Part shown: piece by piece, positions 51,700-64,000 of the stretch
How the letters are laid out: every line of letters begins with the position of its first letter
How positions within the stretch are numbered: the stretch's first letter is position 1
Made by a program: the position numbers and the translations under genes
NCBI GenBank assembly: GCA_964304625.1
Contig: OZ199838.1
Coordinates: forward strand, 8,953,045 to 9,017,044
Direction: 5' to 3'
DNA length: 64,000 bases
Source of the DNA: Kudoa neothunni
Taxonomy: Eukaryota; Animalia; Cnidaria
Notes under the pieces: generated by a model
Database searches by the model: none
The model's input: the letters and a program-made list of their open reading frames with translations, nothing else
What the model was told of the DNA's origin: nothing

Positions 51700-52600
51700 T
51701 GTTTTATTAATTACTTTATAATGTTATTTCATCATCACGTTAATTTAAATTGTTATCTTATTAATTCCTCAATAAAATTGAAGAAAAAATCAATTATTTT
51801 TGTTTGGAAATAGACGGCTTATTAACTCAATTACTAATTTTTTAACCGTAATCATTCCTGGACCAATTCTAACGTATTTAAGTAATCGAATACGGCATAT
51901 TGAAATATTTTTGGGTCCTTCTCTCCGAATAACACATTTATGCATGATATTTTTCTCTAATTGGATTTTAAGGGGGGGAATTATTATCAGATAAATTGGT
52001 TGCACAACACAAGTAGTGTTTTTGATAGAAATAGGAGCTGGATGTTTTCAAAATAATCGATTGATTAAGGACATATGAGCACTATTGTAATCAAACAAAA
52101 ACCTTTCTGTTTTCATTTAATGAACCTCTGGCTCATATCCTTGAGGATTTGGTAAAATACAGATGAAGATAATCACACATTCATTTGCGAATGGCACTAA
52201 ACTGAAAGCACTTTAATTCCTTAAAACAGCGATTTTTCCTAAAATTTTATTATTATGAGAAATTGAAATTTTTCTTCGATCATTGCAGCAGTGATAAACA
52301 TCATAACTAGCTTTTGAATTGTTTTACACGCTTATATTATACTGATTTTTAATAGTGGACGTACGCTGTATCAACTGTTCATAAAAATGAGCCGTCTCGT
52401 CCAAATTTAATATGTATTTCGGATTGTTTCATGACAATACCTCGTGAAAATTTCTCATCCATAGATAAATGTATTAAAAATCAGCACTCTTTTTCTCCGT
52501 GCGATTTGAGTTTTTCAGATCGTAACGCCTTCTGCAATTATTAAACTAACCCTCGCTTCCGTTAAAATCTTTTATTCAAATATCTTTAGCAATAATAAAA
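51700..52600 (-). mobile_element. pogo/Tigger (DDE_1) transposase relic
   Basis: PKYILNLDETAHFY (~52380-52425), LFDYNSAH and KNTTCVVQP correspond to the N.DET, LD..SAH and P.NTT...QPLD motifs. Confidence 0.7.
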
Positions 52601-53299
52601 GATTATTCTGTTGTTCTGTTATTATACATAATGCGCAAAAAAGGGCACTTTCTATTCACACTATTTTTTAGGACACACACGTGCTAATATAATTCTAATT
52701 ATGTATATTGTAATTTGTAATGGATGCCGCTTATTCCCTAATTGGGTCGGGTAGCATCTGGAGGATTATGCAGGTCCTTCAACATATTCGATCAATAAAA
52801 AAATTAGATAATAGTTTTTTTTCTCGCATTGAGACTACTCAGTTGTAACAATTATTTTAATAGCTTTATATTTCCCCGGTTTAAATATTTTTCAAGATTT
52901 TGAAATGTTTGAATCTATGGTTCCGTCTTGTTTAGACAAATTTTTATCAAGATTTAGGAGCCCTATTTTAAATTATCGAACAATATTGAAGTTAATATAA
53001 ATTGGTAAACTGGAACGTTTTACAGTAATATCATTAGAACCCGATATAGACTTAAAAAAATGATAGTAATCAATTATTTTTATTTTATCTTTATTAGTTA
53101 TTTGAGAACTTGCTATGCTTTTTCTAGTGCATCCATCAGAATAAGGGGATTAAAATAAAAAAATGACTTACACAATAGCGAGGCACAAGGTTTCTCCTAA
53201 CTTTCTTAATATCCGCTTGTTTAAAATTTTGATTTTTTCGTATAATTATCCATTTAAGCATACTGAATATGACTTTTTTGTTTTATTTAGTGAATTAAA

Positions 53300-55153
53300 G
53301 CACATAATGCTAATAAAGCTAAATTACGCAGTATCGAGTCACGCAATATTCGGAGCACAACTGTATCTCGGAAACAATTTACGATTCAGAGAGTTCTGAT
53401 GACGAAATTGTCGATACGTTTAAATGGAGTATATAAAACAATACTGACAACATTCCAAAAGAAACAGAAAACGAACATGGCGATTTTAATGAAGTTACCG
53501 ACCTGGTTTTGCCGATTGGTTATTTCAATTTTTTTGGTGAGGATTCGTTCGAGGAAATCACTGAACAGAAAAATTTATACTCCATACAAGATAACTCTAG
53601 TTTTATAGTTGATAAAAAGATATATAAAGTATATAGGAGTATTGATTATGATGGAAGTCATCAAAATTCCACGATAATATTGCTATTAGGAAAACCCCCT
53701 CAATTATCCTACTATTACTGAATGTTTGTCAAGAGTGAAATTTGAAAATGTATGCAAATATATACATTTTACTGACAATTCAGAAATTATAACAAACCCC
53801 TATCATCTTGATTATGATAAATTTGCTAAAATTTGGCCAGTTTTGAATTCCGCTAGAAAATACCGTTTGTTAGTCCAACTTGATAAAAAAATTTCATAAC
53901 GAATAATACCTCCCGAATAACCCAGCGAAGTGGGGTTTCAAGGTGTTCGCTAGGTGCAGAGTAAATGTAATGGTGCACGATTTTCATATTATACGACGGA
54001 CATAGACGTAAAGTTTCAATAAGTTGTGGATTGGTATCTGGTGACTTCGTGATAAAATTGTGCCAAAGTTTACCTTCATCCAAAATACACTTTGGGTATT
54101 TTGACAATTGGTTTATCTCGATTCCCTTCAGATCTACCTGAAAAAAAGAAATATTTCTTCTGTGGGTACAATTCTTAAGAATAGAGTTAAAGGATGCCCA
54201 TTAAAAGGTTAAATGGTTATGATAAAACAGGTGGAGGAACCTACGAAACCATTCACAAATCCAACGACGGAATTTCCATAACACACTGGTTTGACGGATC
54301 CATTGCTACACTCTCCTCAATTCATTCATCGACGGAACCAATAAAGTCTGTGAAGAGATTTGATAGATAGAAAATAAGAACGCTTACTATTCCATGTCCT
54401 GCAGTTTCCGCGGAATACAATAGCAGTATGGGCGGAGTCGACTTGTTTGACATGCTTATGTCGCTCTGTTATAAACCATAAAAGCAGAAGATATTATTTT
54501 AAGATTTTCTTTTGGGCTCTGAATACATGTATTGTAAATGCATGGTGACTCCACAAAAATAATTGTACCATTAGAATTGTTTTGAAAAATGAAACATTAG
54601 ATTTAATGCATTTTTCATTAAAAATAAGTGAAACCCTTTGCTATTATCGTTAAGTATCTTGTGCCCTCAGAGAACGTGGTACACCATCTTTAAATAACTT
54701 TATGGGAAAAAATGACACTATTGAAAGCGAAAATATTCCAGAAAAATCAAATCCACTTATCGGTCAAATAGAATTCGACCACACTGGGCATTACCAGGAG
54801 ATAGTGTCTTCAAAGTCTATATGTAGATTATGTCAACGAAAACCCCAATTTATGTGTATAAAATGTCATTGCTATTGCCGCCTGACAAAAAATAGGAACT
54901 GTTTTATGCAATTACCATATCGAAAACCTACAAAATCTTTACAAATCAAAACGATTTACTTTAATGCGAAAATGAGCGAGAAAAATTATTGTTTTACCAC
55001 GAATGCCAAATGTCTATCGTAGTACCCAGATTAAAACACATTCTAAAGATTATATAGCAACTTTTAATTCGATAAGTATCAATAAAATTGGAATAACTAG
55101 AGTTTATAAATATGAAAAAATTAAAAAAAAATCAAAAATTCGTCAAGAAAGGG
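53300..55153 (+). mobile_element. piggyBac (PGBD2/3-like) transposon with a disrupted transposase
   Basis: FEEITEQKNLYS, DKFAKIWPVL, P.NPAKWGFKVF, YFDNWF, VGTILKNR, EYNSSMGGVDLFD, IVNAW, and C-terminal CRLC..MCIKC...NCF. Right end ...AAGAAAGGG|CTAA at 55153; left end not resolved. Confidence 0.88.
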
Positions 55154-55178
55154 CTAAGTTGAATTTAACCCCTTAACG

Positions 55179-58034
55179 CAGTGGAGGGCACAAAATGCGG
55201 CCCGCGGACGGGTTTAAAGGATGAAAAATTTCGTTAGCATTTACGTGTTTTCGAAATCTAGTAACGCCAAGACAGCATTTGTCTTACATAAATAAATAAA
55301 AAACTTTTTGATGAATATTATGGATTTTTAAAAGTTAATTTTACGCGATTTTAAACTATAATTATTTATAATAGAGGTGTATCAAAATTTATCATTTTGA
55401 AGTGGGAATAGTTTTTTTATTCATTTACTTAATTTCCTCGAGTGAGAACTCGCTCAAACTTCCCTTGTTAATTGTAATTGTCGACTCCACGTGTTTGTAG
55501 AATTAAACAAACATGCCCTCCCGAAAGCGTACAGTTGTTGATGAAAACCGTAATTTTAATGATGATTGGACTCACGAATATTTCTTCACCAATTCAATGA
55601 ATAGAGCGATGTGCTTGCTTTGTCTCGAATCGGTCGCCGTATTAAAGGGATATAACTTGAAATAGCATCACAAAACGAAATCTCTAATCCAAGAAAACGA
55701 ATCTGGAGCAAGTTTTATGATATCATATAACATTGCTCGGCGAAACAAACCATTTTTAGAAGGCGAATTTGTGAAAGGGTGTTTAATGAATTGTGCTAGC
55801 GTTGTTTGTCCGGAATTGAAAAAAAAGTTTGAAAATATTCTATTATCAAGAAGGATAGTTGTGCGTCGTATAGAAATGATAAGTGAAAATTTAAGCCAAC
55901 AGTTAAAAGATTAAGCAAAGATTTTGTGTGTTATTCATTGGCTTTAGATGAAAGCACAGATATTAGAGACACCGCACAATTGCTTATTTTTGTACTCGGA
56001 GTAGACCCTAATTTTTGTATCACTGAAAAATTACTTTCTATGGAACCGATGAGAAGTACAACAACTGGGCAAGATTTGTTTGAATGTGTGGTTAAAGCAG
56101 TTGAAAACAATGAATTACCTCGGAGTAAATTAACAAGTGTAACAACTGATAGCTCTCACTCTTTATTGGGAAAGAATTTGGGAATGATTAGACTTTTGAA
56201 TGAAAATCTTAAAAAAAGTGATTCTGAACCATGCTTTTCTGTCATTTCCCGGTATTTTGCATCAAGAAAGTTTGTGTAAATCTGCATTAAGTTTAAGCCA
56301 CATTGTAACTCCAGTTGTGAACACAATAAATATAACTCGTTCAAGAGCTCTGAATCACCGTTAGTTCAGATCGTTGTTAAATGATCTTGATTCTGAGTAT
56401 GGACATGTTATCTACCATAACAATGTACGATGATTGAGTTTAGGAAAAGTTTTGAAAAGATTTGATTATCTGGGAGACGAAATTAAGGCTTTTCTTAAAA
56501 TGAAAGATTTTAATAGTGAGTTTATCCATAATATAAACTGTGATGAATGGAGGTTTGAGCTTATGTTCGCAGTTGACTTCTTTGAAATCTCAATAAATTA
56601 AACCTAAAGTCGCAAGGTAAACAATTCATGGTTTATGAAATGTTCAACCACATTAAATCTTTTGAAGCGGAACTATCTCTTTTTATAAACCAAATAAATG
56701 AAGGGAAATTTACTCACTTTCCATTGCTTGCAGAAGAAAAAATGCCTCCAACTATTGGTTTTAAAATAAAAAGCCATCTAAAATCTTTATTAGATGAGTT
56801 GAATAGAAGATTTAAAACTTTCGACAGGTTGAACCAAAATTTCAAATAATCACATCGTTATTCTCTATTGATGCCAACACGACTGTCGACTAGCTTCAGC
56901 TTGAACTGATAGATGTTCAGTTTGATAGTTTATTAAAAGAATTGTTTGTTGTTGTTCCATTAGTATAATTTTACAATTAGTTACCTGTTAAGAGTTTTCC
57001 ATGCCTTAGAAATTTCGTTACAGGAATATTTTCTATGTTTGGGTCAATCTATATTTGTATTTGTGAGCAAAGTTTCTCCTGTATGAAAATTAATAAAAAC
57101 AAGAATAGGTCTTTGCTGTCAAACAAAAATCTAGAGGCCGTATTCAGGATATCTTGAAGCAACCTAAAACCGAACCTTAAGCTATTAGTTCATGAAAATA
57201 TTTAATGATTTTTTTCCTTTTAATTTTCGTTTTATCAAGCGTCCCAAGTGCAACACTAATCACTTCAGAGTTGAAGTCTTACGATAAATATAATTTTTAT
57301 TAATTGATATAATTAGAGGAAATTGAAATAAATAATAAAAAGTAGGGAATAATAAGTTATGTTAACTCTTCCTGGTGGAATTATTATTATAAAAAATATA
57401 TTTACAAAACCTTAAAAGATGAATGTTACATCGATACTTACCAAAAATTAAGATTTTTTTTAATTTCATGTAATTTTAATCATAATTTGGGATTGTAATA
57501 TTCCCTAATAAATTTTTATAAAATTATTTCTGTAATTTGATTATATTTGTCACGAAAAATTTAATGTAATCTGAAATATTATAAATCTAATTAATTTTTA
57601 TTAGTTTAATTATATTCAAATGTATAATTTAGGTCTCGTTTTAAAGTACATGTTATATTGAATTTGATGCTTAAAATAATTATAAATAATTGTATCAGTG
57701 TCATTTTTTAAATATTTCATGTGTAGTTAATGAGTAACATTAACTTTTCATAACTTTAGTTATAATTAAAATTTATTAAGTATAAAACCTATTATTTCGA
57801 TTGGAACTTGCAATAGTATGTCGATCACAAAACTTTTATATTTATATTTATAAAAATTATTTAATTCTTTTTTTAAACTAATCTGTAGACCAACTTGTTT
57901 ATTGTACCAAAAATGTTAGAAAAGCCACCAATAGGTATTTAAGTTATCAGAAAACACTTAATCAACAGTTTGGCCCCTAAGCATCTGTAATGAGCCAATG
58001 TGGCCCGCAGATCCAATAGTTGGGCCCACCACTG
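55179..58034 (+). mobile_element. hAT (Buster, GTF2IRD2-like) transposon with a disrupted transposase
   Basis: TIRs CAGTGGAGGGCACAA / rc CAGTGGTGGGCCCAA and subterminal GGCCCGC. ORF from 55513 reads MPSRKRTVVDENRNFNDDW, KPFLEGEFVK, SLALDESTDIRDTAQL, CEQSFSCMK, with stops. TSD not conserved. Confidence 0.9.
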
Positions 58035-58043
58035 CAAAGTCTA

Positions 58044-58500
58044 CATTAGTTAATCGATTTTCCGCACTTTGGGAAATCTTACAATAAACGTTTTAGAAAG
58101 TTTATAAGTTTCAATGAATCATTATAACTCCCTTTTGTTATAATATTTGAGAAATATTAAAGCAGTAAAACACTATTTTCTTAGTTTTTTGACGAAAAAA
58201 GAATTAACCGACTTTTCGCACATTTTCCAACATTTAATCCTATTTTTGCTCCTGGGAGCATGCGACAAAATATAATGTTCCCTTAGTTGGATGGCAAATT
58301 CGTATAATGTATACATATTCTTTATCTCGTTCTCCTTAAAACGGGTTTTTATCAATCATATTTTGTTATCTTTGATAAACGTACATATTACGTTACGATA
58401 ATTATAACTTCCACTTGGATACAAATCCCATTTATGAACATTTACTGGTCGCTTTATCATGTTATTTCCTGTATTTTCTGGAGGTATTCTACGTCAAGAG
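58044..58500 (-). mobile_element. Truncated pogo-group (Tc5-like) element end
   Basis: TA|CATTAGTTAATCGATTTTCCGCACTTT terminus related to the one at 58520. Minus strand reads RIPPENTG...HYILSHAPRSKNRIKCWK, similar to IPP.TTG...H..FS.PR...IK.AW. Confidence 0.4.
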
Positions 58501-58519
58501 AAATACGAGAATCATAATA

Positions 58520-59940
58520 CAATAAGTAACGAATTTTCCGCACTTTTTGAAAACCTATTTAGTTAGAATATTGATTGGTCATTGTTTATAGAATGTTTCT
58601 TATAATATTTCAATCAAAATTTTTATAAAAGTTATTTAATAAAAAGCTGTGAAATAATGTAACTAAAAGTCACGTGATTGAGAAATTTCACACACTTTTT
58701 TCGGATACTTCGTGTTTATTGTTTAGTTAAGCCAATATTTAATGCCAACAAACTCCTAAAACTATACCTATTGCCGAGAAGTACGATATTACTTATTATT
58801 GTGAATGTCTCTATTGTAAACGCAAGAGAGAGACACCACAAAGCAACAATAACAACAATAATGATAATAATCGCGCCCCCTAGCTAATGGTTTGTTAATC
58901 TCCTGTATTAATCTACCAACATAACAGTCTCCAATCTAATGACCCAAAAATTGTCACTGTATCACGTTTTAAAATATCTATTATTTCGACTCCTAATGGC
59001 ATCCTAGAGATGAAAAATAAAATAATCAAAACCTATATATGCTGTTAGAATCTAAAAATAGAAATTATTTGTATGTGGGAAAATTTAATTCTGTTGATGA
59101 AGATGTATAAGAGTGGATTGGGTGGCCACGAAACAAAAAGATTGTAGTAAGCGTTGTCACATTAATCTTCAAGAAGAAACAATTAGCCAAAGGTAAAGGT
59201 TTACGTTCATGTGCAATTCGTTGAGGGTTTCGTTGTTTTAAAAAATGTCCAACATTAAAAAATCAAATTTTATTAGCTAATTTGTTGATGCTACATCCGA
59301 AACCATTTCAGAGCAGACCAATTAAATCAGAACATTTTCTAAAAGATACCCTGAAAATTTTATTTACAGCGTAGACGAAATTGCCTTATTCTATCGATAG
59401 CAACAAGGGGAGTATTTCATAGATCGTTGAAAAATGTCCTTGTGCTGTTGACACATTTCTCAAGTTTTAATTATTTTTTAAAAATTAATATACAGCTAAC
59501 TGGCCTTTTTAAACGTAACTAAAGCAATATTGAATGTCAATTTTTTTTCTGAAATACTCGCGCACGCAAGTGTGTGAAATTAGACGCGACCAATTTGACG
59601 CATTTTTTTCTTGGTCCGGAGAAAAATTACGTGAATTATTATATTTCTTACTGTAATATAATAATTCTAATTATAATAGATGTAGTCATAATAATAATAA
59701 AGTGTAAACGTATTGACGAGAATTCTTTTTTGCTTAGAGTACATGTCGTACATCCTATAATTTAGATTGGTTCGTAAGGGCCAGTTATTATACTGTAAAC
59801 TGAATGTAATATACTATTTAATAATATAGTTTAAATAAAATGAGGGTGGAATAATATTGTTGTATAAATTTGTAGGACCCAACTAAATTTTTCCCCTGTG
59901 GCGCGGGCATAAAAAAGTGCGAAAAATCTGTTACTCCCTG
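58520..59940 (+). mobile_element. Tigger/pogo-like deleted element with TA TSD
   Basis: TA|CAATAAGTAACGAATTTTCCGCACTTTT / rc CAGGGAGTAACAGATTTTTCGCACTTTT|TA (22/28). Contains a CENP-B-like relic (EWIG.PRNKKIVVS...FKK) and YPENFIYSVDEIALFYR at 59347-59397. Confidence 0.7.
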
Positions 59941-60143
59941 TAGTAATTCTTGGAGCACTCGGAAGATTAACCAAAACTATACACCGATTTGCTTCACTAC
60001 GATCCCGCTCTCAATATTTACGAAGGCTACCGAATTTTAAACCAAACGCAAGGGCCTTCGATATTGGGACGATAAAACCGATAACTTTCGGCGTCTGATT
60101 CAAAAACAATTGAATATATTTTCGAATAGTCAAATATCATAAA

Positions 60144-61199
60144 ATGGGGTCCGAATTTATTTCAGGTTATATAGGAGGTAGATGTTGAAATGTTCTCAAT
60201 GCACCAGTTGATATTGTTCAATTGAATCGCATTTTTAGTTTGATTCGTTCATTAATTAATATTATATTTGACAAGGTTTGACTGCAGTAGTGGTAGGGCA
60301 CCCGTTTGATACTGTAAAAGTGTATATGCAGACTAAAAAGTCTAAGTTAGGTGCATATGGGACGCTGAGGGCGATCATTAGACAGGAGGGGGTAGTTTTT
60401 CACTTTAAACGAGTCCAAATAATCGACACGAGTGAATGAGTAAATTTAGGTCCGAGGACTATTCAAAGGGATGTCATCTCCACTTTTCGGGACTGCATTT
60501 TTGTGTAGTATTTTGTTTGGTGTCAATGGAGTTTGTACGAAAACCCTTCCTGAAGATGTACGCACCATTGTACAGGGACAATTTATTGCTGGAAGTGTGG
60601 CAGGATTTTCACAGAGTTTAGTAACCTGTCCAGTGGAGTTGGTTAAAATTCGAATGCAAATCAAAAATATTGGCATCGCCACCAAAACAACTCTCACCAA
60701 ACAAACACTTCAAATACTTAACGAGAAAGGTGGCTCTAGGACTCTCTTCAAAGGTATGGCTGCTACACTTTTACGTGATGTTCCTGGGTTTGGTTTGTGT
60801 TTTGCAATCAATCAATTCATTTTAAATATATACAAACAATCGGGAATAGGTAATATTATGCCGTATTGTTATTCATAAAATAATTAAACAATAGAAAGAA
60901 GCTTTTTTAATGATATGTTCTTTTCATTTGTGGCTGGCGGTACAGCTGGGGTTATCTCGTGGATTCCGAGCTACCCATTTGACGTGGTTAAAACTCGAAT
61001 TCAAAGCACCACCGATCCATCTATTAATACCAGATTCATACCATATGCACGAAATTTGATTAAAGCTGAGGGTTTCGCTGTATTAAAAAAAGGTTTGATG
61101 ATACAGCTTGTACGAGCATTTCCAGTGGATGCAGTTATGTTTTGTGTTGCTGCGATGACAGCTCGTGCTCTTGGTTGCACTTCTCCGTTCTTATTATAA
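60144..61199 (+). CDS. Mitochondrial carrier, SLC25A29/45/48-like, copy 2
   Basis: Exons 60144-60177, 60276-60391, 60450-60849, 60895-61199. Intron positions and phases equal copy 1. Motifs HPFDTVK, CPVELVKIRMQ, YPFDVVKTRIQ, RDVPGFG and RAFPVDA. Confidence 0.93.
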
Positions 61200-61593
61200 G
61201 TCTCTACTTAAAATATAAACCAATTGTTATTTTTTATTCTCAATCTATTTTGTTTTTTTCGGCACATTTATTTTATAAGTTCAATTAATGTTTGCACACG
61301 CCATTGCTAGTTGACCTTCATTTAATAGTAGAGTATAGTTAGTGGTCGTTGTTTCATTTGGCGCGTTTTTATATTATATAAATATATTTTTATTTGATAA
61401 TGAAATAAAGTAAAATTTTAAAGAAAAACTTATTCAACAATTATTTAAGATAGTTTTCCGCATCTTTTAATGAGTTTAAAAAGGAATTGAAACATTGCGG
61501 AGTCAAGCATATTAAAAGACAAATTAATAAAATCAATAATTTTACAATGAATCTAACTCTACAAATTATATATCGAACGCACTGCAATAATTA

Positions 61594-62719
61594 TCAATTT
61601 TTCTTGACAGTTTGGAATAGATTGGATAATGTCTCATCTCTACATCGAAAACTGATTTAAATAGTTGTAATCTAAGAGGTTCACCTTATTTCATCTAACA
61701 AAAGGTCTGATTTTGGTGTGGGTGTAGCAAAGTTTCTAATCTTGGAATGTACACGATAACTAAAAATTATAAGTAACCACTACACCAAAATTTATATCTA
61801 CTCAATAAGACGATCTTTATGCGATCTTAGATCTTGTCCCGAAAGAAGAGAGTCTTTGTTTGAATTTTTGTTATTTTTAGTGTTATTGGATCTGCTCTAA
61901 GTGGAATAAAAATAAATAAACTCATCTCAAACGTTCTAATGCTACAAGAATGTCTCCTGAAATATTTTGAAAAAAGTCGTGATCATCAAAAATTTTTTCC
62001 AAATCCTCGTCGAAAAATGATGACTCTACCTAAATATACACAAAAAATCATAATTGTGAGTTCATCCTAACTTGACAAAACTACATTTTTTGGGGTCAAT
62101 GGATTTTTAATTATGCGTGAGTGGCCAACAAAGTCATCAATTTTGCTCATATCATTTTCCATTTGGTTTATTGTATTCAGTTTAAATCCAACAAACAACT
62201 ATCACCAAACACATTACAATGCGTTATGATTGGCCAATCAAGTTACGTCACCAGGATTATTGTTTGAATGTTTGTTCAATAATTCCATAAGGTCGGTAAA
62301 ATAATCTAAGTGATTTCGAATTGATTGTTGATGGATAGTTTCAAGTTGATTGTCCAAATTCTAAAATATGAATTAAATAAACATATAACAATCTTTCGTG
62401 GTTAATATTCATATTCGACCATCGAATTACATTTATATCGAACTCCAAATGGTTCGAATTAATTTTATTCAAGCTTAACCACAATTCTTGTTGTAAAGTG
62501 ACCAACCGATCGGTCATATCGCATCGGGGGAGTTGATTGCATAAACTTTGAATGTTTTGTAAGGATTCCCAACATTTCAACGATTTTAACCACAAATCTT
62601 TATCACATAGCTTATAATTAAAATATAAATTTATTTTATCTACGATTTGAGGCTTTATGGGGTTTATTTTCGAGAATTATCCTCTCCCCGAACTCCATAC
62701 TACCACCAAGCATGCGCAT
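61594..62719 (-). CDS. AATF: AATF/Bfr2 (SSU processome factor), short form, ~8 exons
   Basis: LWLKSLKCWESLQNIQSLCNQLP matches the AATF N-domain LWD.LLE.RI.LQ......NQLP. IFDDHDFFQ and DLRSHKDRLIDYRVHSKIRNFATP...ETLSNLF match the TRAUB domain. Start is at 62719 or 62698. Confidence 0.8.
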
Positions 62720-62886
62720 TGAAATATAAATTAGCACTTAGATTTTTGTTTGACATCGAATTGCTCAATATAATTTTTTTTAAACTATTCAAAGTAATTA
62801 AATGCAGATTGAAAATATTTTTACGAATAATAGAAATCGTTTATTATCCGAGTAAGAACGAATTCAAGAAGTGCAACAGCCCTAGT

Positions 62887-63660
62887 ATGTACAAACTCAA
62901 GTGTAAAATTTTTGCTCACGATAGTGATGTGAGAACAATGAGTGTAATCGATTCCAATAAGATTGTAACTGGATCGCGCGACTCATCCTGTAAAGTGTTT
63001 CAACGTATAGATGACTCGAGCGAATTTGACCCAATACACTCGGTGACAACCGATCGAAAATACGTCAACAGCTGCAAAAACTTTGTGTCTGAAGGGAAAA
63101 ATTTTTACATTTTTGGCACCGGCCTTAATGTGCTCTACGTGTACAATGAAAATTTTGAATTGTTATACTCACTTGAAGGTCATTCTCAAAATGTATCATG
63201 TATTGACTATTGCTATCGAAAATGTCATCTTGCAAGCGGTTCTTGGGATTGTCGTATCAATATTTGGGATATGAATTTGGCAGGGAAACTGATTAATACA
63301 TTGCAAGGTCACGAACAAGCTGTCTGGTGTGTTAAATATGTTCCTGGTTTTAATTTGTTATTGTCCGGTTCTGCGGACAAAACTATTCGTCTTTGGAAAA
63401 ATTATAACCATGTAAAAACTTTCATCGGCCACAAACATGCTGTCAGAGATATTGCCGTTTTGGATGATAAACGTACGTTTCTCTCATGCGGTAACGATAT
63501 GATGATTATCAAATGGGATATTATTGGCGGAACTTCTCTTCAAATCCTCGGTCACCATACCAGCTTTATATACTCACTTGCGTTGATTGGTGACAGTGGT
63601 TTCGTGTCCGCTGGTGAAGATGGCGAATTAATTGTTTGGGACGACATGAAAAAACTACAA
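62887..63660 (+). CDS. PLAA: PLAA/Doa1/Ufd3 WD40 protein, first exon (continues beyond the window)
   Basis: MYKLKCKIFAHDSDVR...IVTGSRD, LEGHSQNV, SGSWD, LQGHEQAVW, SGSADKTIRLW, GHKHAVR, SCGND, HTSFIYS, SAGEDG. GT donor at 63661. Confidence 0.88.
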
Positions 63661-63870
63661 GTATTTATATTTTTTAAATTTATGTATTAAGCATTTATTA
63701 ATAACTGTTTAATGTTCGGCGAATAAAAATAAGGTTGGTCGTTTATGCTATTTTAAGAAAATAAAAAATGGCGCGAAATCGATCGCTTGCCCAAATTATT
63801 TTCGGTATGCGTATGTTGTAATAATTCTTGTTGAATTAATCTTCATTGCTTTTGAAATTTTTTAAAAAAT

Positions 63871-64000
63871 ACAGTAGGTGACCGATAATACGTAATCCCC
63901 TCAGGACCATAAAAAAGTGCGAAAAAATGGTCTCGACCAGAGCGTCAAAACCTTAGGATTTTTCTACTAACCTTGGTTTCTTGGGGGGGGGGGGGTTCGT
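63871..64000. mobile_element. Start of a TA-flanked Tc1/pogo-type element in the PLAA intron (truncated by the window)
   Basis: TA|CAGTAGGTGACCGATAATACGTAAT resembles the TIR at 8697. ATAAAAAAGTGCGAAAAA is shared with 59909. A 13-G run follows. Confidence 0.5.

Noticed and set aside
50257-52552. Candidate left ends for the piggyBac (TTAG|CCCTTTC at 50257; CTAA|CCCTCG at 52546)
   Set aside because: Matches to the right TIR are short, and the first lies inside a pogo-group relic.
62647-62886. N-terminal extension of the WD40 ORF
   Set aside because: It starts at TTG and overlaps AATF antisense; PLAA homology begins at the Met at 62887.
1-64000. CRISPR arrays, prokaryotic operons or defence systems, rRNA and tRNA genes
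   Set aside because: No regularly spaced direct repeats or RNA gene signatures were seen; all genes are spliceosomal-intron eukaryotic genes.

Overview
AT-rich eukaryotic (animal-like) genomic DNA, with genes split by mostly 30-70 nt GT-AG introns and separated by dense, decayed DNA transposons (hAT/Buster, piggyBac, Tc1/pogo/Tigger, Merlin, MULE, probable Helitron). Compact, very divergent housekeeping genes and tiny introns suggest a reduced parasite genome such as a myxozoan cnidarian, but that is inference. Genes rebuilt by hand from splice sites: Rrp46/EXOSC5, isoaspartyl peptidase/L-asparaginase (ASRGL1), a TTC19-like TPR protein, EMC3, two SLC25A29/45-like carrier paralogues, a short AATF/Bfr2, and the first exon of PLAA/Doa1. 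Four observations stand out. (1) A CD39/NTPDase-fold membrane protein keeps its cysteine scaffold but has lost all apyrase catalytic motifs; the ORF track misses it, and it needs an 8-nt microexon, a 3.5-kb intron and one GA-donor intron. (2) A secreted five-domain Kunitz protein has four domains lacking the Cys14-Cys38 bond. (3) A multi-exon orphan ORF ends 44 nt inside the Rrp46 CDS. (4) A Tc1-like element has its transposase start codon inside a ~100-bp TIR. No prokaryotic features, CRISPR arrays, rRNA or tRNA genes were seen. All homology calls come from remembered motifs, not database searches.
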